Positions 51,656 through 64,000 of a DNA stretch of 64,000 bases are shown piece by piece. The notes beneath the pieces are model-generated. The model did no database searches. It saw only the letters and a program-made list of their open reading frames with translations, and was not told where the DNA came from. The stretch's first letter is position 1. The number at the start of each line of letters is the position of its first letter. The position numbers were made by a program, and so were the translations under genes. Source of the stretch: Macrostomum lignano (lineage: Eukaryota); contig NIVC01001059.1 in NCBI GenBank assembly GCA_002269645.1, positions 186,001 to 250,000 on the forward strand, read 5' to 3'.

Positions 51656-53842
51656 TAATATGCTTTTGCCAAAATTAAAATTTGCTAAAATTGACTGCAC
51701 CCTTAGGCTCTTACATAATGAACAAACATGATTAGATGAATAGTTTAAAACTATTGCTACTTGCTTGCTTCAACAAAAAGTGAAAATTTACAATGAAGTG
51801 AAGGCGAAAACTGAAAAAAAAAGATTTTTAAAAAATGTAACACTAGAGCAACTCTGGAGTGAGAGGTTCATTAGGTAAGCAGAAAAAAGAGAAATACCTA
51901 AAAATCAAAAAGGCACTACTTCAAATTCAATAGGATAATTCTTAAACTTGATGCAAAACCGTCAGTGCGACTTGATTTGACTTCAGAAAGAGTCAAGTCA
52001 AGTTACCATCAATGATTATAATTGATAGTCTGAATAAAATATATTTGAAAAACGAGAGGAAGAGAAACTTGCAAGTGTATTAGCTTTAATGAAAGCCACA
52101 AAAATAAAAAAACTTGTATCTTTTTTTATTTACTAATCACAAAAGAATGCACAGTTTTTTCAGCAATGTTCTTCATTATTTTTCTTAATATGGATGATGG
52201 CGGTAATGAATACATACCGTCAAGAGACGAATCTGGACTCGACGAAACACGAGCCGAATTTTTCGGCTAAAATAGCAAAAGCACACGGATGCGTACGCAA
52301 GCGAAAAGACTGTTGTATAACACAGCGCTATGGAACACTTTTGTTGATATGGATTTTAACTATGAACTTTTGCGCATGTGATTGAACTATCTACGAGCGT
52401 ATGGTCATAATTCTCGAAGACCCAGACAGTTACTAAAGAGCTGGGCGCACGAGGGAAAATGAAATTAACTAACGAACGAGCGGAGCGAGACAAGGGCTCC
52501 TACGATAACGAATTATTTCCGCTCCTTTTTATTAACACAAATATACGATTAGACGGAATTCGAACCGTCTTACGAATACACATCAGTCCTTTGCGCAAAC
52601 GCTCACGCAGCTGGCTTGTACAACGTCCTGACTTCTCTCTCAACGTCGGAATGTGTACCACCAAAGGTTTAATGCGTCTCATTCTAAAGAGACCTCTCGT
52701 GCACCCGTGCACTTTTGAGGCAAGGCGCATTGTGGCTCAGAGCTATCTTGAGTTCACCGGCCCTTATCGAAAAACATGAAAGTGCATGATCGACGATCGA
52801 GTCTGAAGTTGAAAAATCTGACTAAAATTTTGTGATAATTTAGTTTTTGCCCAGTCAACTCCAGTTTCAAATTTTGCTCCAGTGATGCCTTCGACCAGAG
52901 CGACACATTATTCAGGTTCAAAAGATATGCAGAAAATATCAGATCGGGTAATTTTCGGACTGCACTCTGTTTCAGCCAATCAGAATCGGGTTTGTGTGCC
53001 TGATTCGCATCGGGGTAAAATCGGATCAATAAATAATTCATAATGCGCTATAATTTATATCTTTTTTGACTATCTAGTCTAACTTTAGTGAAACTGTGAC
53101 ATTGTGGTGTTATGCTAGTGTGTTTCAGTGCATGTGCACTGCGCCGGGTTGTTTGTTTGCGTTTCACGCGTGGCTAGCATGGTGGGGTCTATGCAGTCAG
53201 GCCAACCACCCTTTCTTTAGTCCTAGGGTAAATAAAAATGTCTTATAAAGAGCCCAGATTTATGATCTGGCTCTCTACGTTTTTCTACGCACTTAACTCA
53301 ATTACACGCCTTTAGCTTCATTTATTACAGAAACAAAACGAGTTACGTGCTCCCCCACAGATGTACAATTCAAGCAGTTGCGGCTTATAAGAGCGCATAA
53401 GCCGGAAACTTATAAATGGAGAATAAAAGAGACACAAGCCCATCAACACGAAAACGAGTCCCGATCGACAGCCTGTTTCTCGGATTCAATCTGGTGCATC
53501 TGAACTTAAACTGTCCACTGGTTTTGGCTCCGCCGGTTGCAACAGGTAAAACGTCAACAACGCCTGATCAAATGACGGATACCCATTAGTAGCACGATTC
53601 AGCCGTGCATATTGAACGCTACAAGCGTGCTTAATTTTCACTGGAAGGGGCAGCGTCTCTACCATTGATAACGAAATGCAGGCGCATAAATCTCTTGGGT
53701 GTGCAGCTTGATAGATTTATTTCCAAAATGTTAATGCGAGTACACACAAGTAGTTACCGAATGCGCGGTGAAAGCCTATCTAAGAACTAAATAATACCAA
53801 ACCGCACTCTGTTCGCGGCTGTTCTGTTCCATTGCTGAATCG

Positions 53843-54977
53843 TCAGGCTGGGTGGTCCAGGATGAGATCGGCGCACTGCGAGTTCTTGTTCCCGCAGAGC
53901 ACGGAGAACTCCACGTTGCTCCAGATGCTGCTGTTGCTGCTGGTGTTTCGCAGGAAGACCCGCCGGCCGTCGGGACTGACGGAGCGGACATTGCAGCCGA
54001 TGGTGCGCAGCGCAGGCGCTGGCAGGTTCAGCAGGCACTGCACGTCCAGCCGAATCTCGCGGCCCTGCATCTCCTCGCCTGGCCGGCGGGTCAGGCCGCC
54101 GCCGTACACATTCAGTGTGCCGCAGTGCTGGTAGCGCCGGCTCAGGCAGGGGAAAATCAGAGTGACCAGGCCCACAGTTGGATTCTCCAGGTAGCGAAAC
54201 GAGCCTCGGATGATGAACTGGACGCTGGACCGAATGGACTGTTGACCAAAGCTAAACAGCAGCGTTTCCGCCATCTCCACTTGCGGACAGCCGACCCGGA
54301 ATATTGACGTGTCTCCTGCGAGATGAGTTGGGAGCAGGAGGCACTGCATAAAAGTCCCGCATAGGTGTGGGGAGCAGAAGGCACTGCATAAAAGTCCCGC
54401 ATAGGTGTGGGGAGCAGGAGGCACTGCATAAAAGTCCCGCATAGGTGTGGGGAGCAGTTGTGTTTTTAAGTATTTTTAGAGTATGCAGTTTTTTAAGTAT
54501 TATGCATTACGGGACAATGAATAACTTCCAACGTGAAGTCTATCTAGTATCTCAATTATACCCCCTGTGTATGCTAGCCTGCACATAGTACACAATCAGG
54601 ACTCACCTATGCTAGCCTGCACATAGTACACAATCAGGACTCACCTATGCTAGCCTGCACATAGTACACAATCAGGACTCACCTATGCTAGCCTGCACAT
54701 AGTACACAATCAGGTTGGAGTTGGGCAGCCGCAGCTCCAGCTCCATGTTCTCCACAGCCGGCGTGGTCAGCCGCAGCACCATTCGGGCTTTGAAGTGGGC
54801 AACCTGCTTCTCCGCCACGGTGAATATGGCGATGGACTCGGGCACCAGCTTGGAGCCGTCCTGGCCTCTGGCTTCGCCGTTAGTGGTGCCCATTATGTGG
54901 CTCGTCAGGCCACTGGACACCACGCTGCCGATCTCTGTGGGCGCCAGCTGCTTGCTGATGGCGTTGGTGGCCCGCAT
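53843..54977 (-). CDS. Uncharacterised two-exon protein, about 255 aa
   Basis: Exons 54977-54683 and 54315-53843 join in frame (768 nt) via donor atag|gtgagt and acceptor ctcgcag|. GC3-rich codon usage like the neighbouring genes. Acceptor-like ttggag| at 55021 upstream of the ATG. No recognised domain. Confidence 0.7.
54331..54715. repeat. Two short tandems in the orphan-gene intron (40-bp x3; 38-bp x about 4)
   Basis: ggagcaggaggcactgcataaaagtcccgcataggtgtgg at 54331-54455, and atgctagcctgcacatagtacacaatcaggactcacct at 54571-54715. Confidence 0.9.
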
Positions 54978-55329
54978 CCCGATGCCGGAAGTTTGCTTCC
55001 GGTTCCTGATTAAGCCGCAGCTCCAAGACAGAAAAGTGGCTTTGAAAAGCAATCGATGTGTATTTCTGTCTCAGCACCAATGTGCATTTCAGAGTCCACT
55101 TTGGTGTACTTAAAAGTTCAAAGTGCAAACATACGTTTGAGACGTACTCGAGCGGTGATTGTTGTTCTGTGGTCCAAAGTTCTTTGAGCCAAGTAATCAA
55201 AGACAACTGTTATGCATTGCCAAATTACTGTGGCTATTCACGTATATTTTACTGTGCGATGTAAGAAAACAGAAAGGCACAGAGCGCGCAGGTAGGATTG
55301 CTTAAATTAAAGTTAGTATTGTTGTTATG

Positions 55330-55573
55330 GCATCCAGCCCCCATCTGCATCCAGCCTCATCAGTCTCAAGGACCTCCATCAGTATCCAGCCCCCATCAGC
55401 ATCCAGCCTCATCAGTCTCAAGGACCTCCATCAGTATCCAACCCCCATCTACATCCAGCCTCATCAGTCTCAAGGACCTCCATCAGTATCCAGCCCCCAT
55501 CTGCATCCAGCCTCATCAGTCTCAAGGACCTCCATCAGTATCCAGCCCCTATCAGCATCCAGCCTCATCAGTC

Positions 55574-55600
<27 letters not shown>
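55330..55600. repeat. 52-bp tandem, about 5 copies, overlapping the PRDM-like stop codon
   Basis: atccagcccccatc(t/a)gcatccagcctcatcagtctcaaggacctccatcagt. Confidence 0.9.
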
Positions 55601-62730
<7,130 letters not shown>

Positions 62731-63721
62731 TTTCCAGGTCGCTTTTTGAAGCCCGGGGAGCCGCTGCCGGCTTTTGTAACGCAAAATGCTCCGCAGAGCT
62801 GCGGTGCCAGAGGAGAAAAACCCTGGGAGACCTCCCAGCCGCTAGGGCTTAGGGAGGAGACGCTAGATAGATCACCCGGGTTCCACTTGAATTCCCATTG
62901 GCTGTAATTGTGATCCCCTTGCAATTTTTGCCACTTTTGTCGGCTCCTTTTCCCGATAAAACAGTGAAGTATATCTTCTTACCCCTGGGTAGAATTGGGA
63001 TAATTCGTGGGCGGGTTGCAGCGTCTGCGGCTGGTTTAAACGTCGATGGGAAATTTTAGTTGAAAAAGCGCGGCAAGTTGAATTTGCCGCGCTCCGATAT
63101 CACAAGCGGGACAGCTGATTGTTTGCTTATGACTCCCCTGGGTCAAGAGGGCGATTAGTAGGAGCCAATTGGATTAGCTTACCTTAGGCGGTGGGCTACC
63201 AGGCCGAAAACTGCGCGGCAGACGCGGCATTCTTCTAGAAAACAACTGAGAGCAGTTCAGAACGGCTCGATGAAAGCAGCTGGGCCTTATGCGCAGCAGC
63301 TTGTCCCATCGCTTGGGAATAATCAACGACACTGCAGCGATACAGGTTCTATAGTATTTCAGGGTTCGAAAGAAATGCTTTTTACTTGCATGCACGATTG
63401 AGTAAACGGCTGGAGTAATCATCGATGATAGTGACCGACATGTGTATGTTCCGGAAGCTGCATGCTTACGCAGGTGTCACAAAAAATTAACATTTTCATC
63501 ATGTATATAAATAAGCTATACTCGTATACAGTTAAGTGTACATGTACGAAACTCGAGGAGAGCATTAATTTAGGTCTGCATCAAGGACTGCTAATTAAGC
63601 ATAAATTCTGCAGTCCTTGGCTAATATATATGTTACATGTTCATGCAAATATCTACTATACAAATTGTTATAATGTATTGTTATATTATGCAGATATTAT
63701 GAATTAGTTCCATTTCAAGAA

Positions 63722-64000
63722 GTCTTACTTGACTCAGCTGCAGGGGGCACCGTGCGTCCGGAAACAGCGAGGAGGCGTTACCGCCCATTTCGCTAACCCC
63801 TGGCGACCACGGGCAGCTGGTGCTGCGGTGTCGCGCAGGGAGTTCCGGTGGCGCCGGTGTCCGCAGCGCAGTCCCCCTCCGGAGAGTCCAGGAGGTGGAT
63901 TGTCGCTCGCCCGGTAGCCCTTAGGTAGCGGACGAGCTGGCAGAGATTCTCGGGCCTGAAAACGTCGGAGAGGTCCGGGTTTGGGCCGAGGTAGGTGAGC
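63722..64000 (-). mobile_element. 3' end of a second, diverged Loa-like LINE copy (runs off the window)
   Basis: The reverse complement aligns with 47060-47330: ctcacct..ggccaaacccgg.tctctccgacgttt.caggcccgaga, then ggtcgccagggg.tagcg.aatgggcggt, cgcctcctcgctg, gccccctgcagct.agtcaagtaag. Confidence 0.88.

Noticed and set aside
52550-52620. tRNA T-arm/B-box-like hairpin on the minus strand (gacggttcgaattccgtc)
   Set aside because: No convincing acceptor stem, anticodon arm or clear A box. At most a decayed SINE head.
63068-63092. Perfect 9-bp hairpin gcgcggcaa-N7-ttgccgcgc upstream of the PRDM-like gene
   Set aside because: An isolated short palindrome with no supporting context. Bacterial-type terminators are not relevant here.

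Overview
Eukaryotic (animal) genomic DNA: GC-rich exons, GT-AG introns that often carry their own minisatellite, and AT-rich, transposon-filled intergenic DNA. The style resembles the flatworm Macrostomum, but that is inference only. Nine protein-coding genes can be reconstructed by hand: an SR-protein kinase (SRPK, +), two intronless rhodopsin-class GPCRs (-), prefoldin subunit 4 (-), MARCH5/MITOL E3 ligase (-), a protein carrying only an Ikaros/Hunchback-type C-terminal zinc-finger pair (+), a calcineurin-B-homologous EF-hand protein (+), a two-exon orphan of about 255 aa (-), and a PR/SET-plus-six-C2H2 (PRDM-like) gene (-). Mobile DNA includes a full-length Loa-like non-LTR retrotransposon with a 12-bp TSD plus the 3' end of a related copy, a decayed RTE-like LINE, a solo LTR, a tRNA-derived SINE split by an insertion, a mariner remnant, a hAT-like element and a long-TIR MITE. 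There is also a Merlin (IS1595-like) family: one decayed transposase copy and three non-autonomous copies with exact 8-bp TSDs. No CRISPR array or prokaryotic system is supported. The very long ORFs in the track are artefacts of tandem repeats. Exon boundaries are manual splice-site calls, and family assignments come from motif recognition, not database searches.
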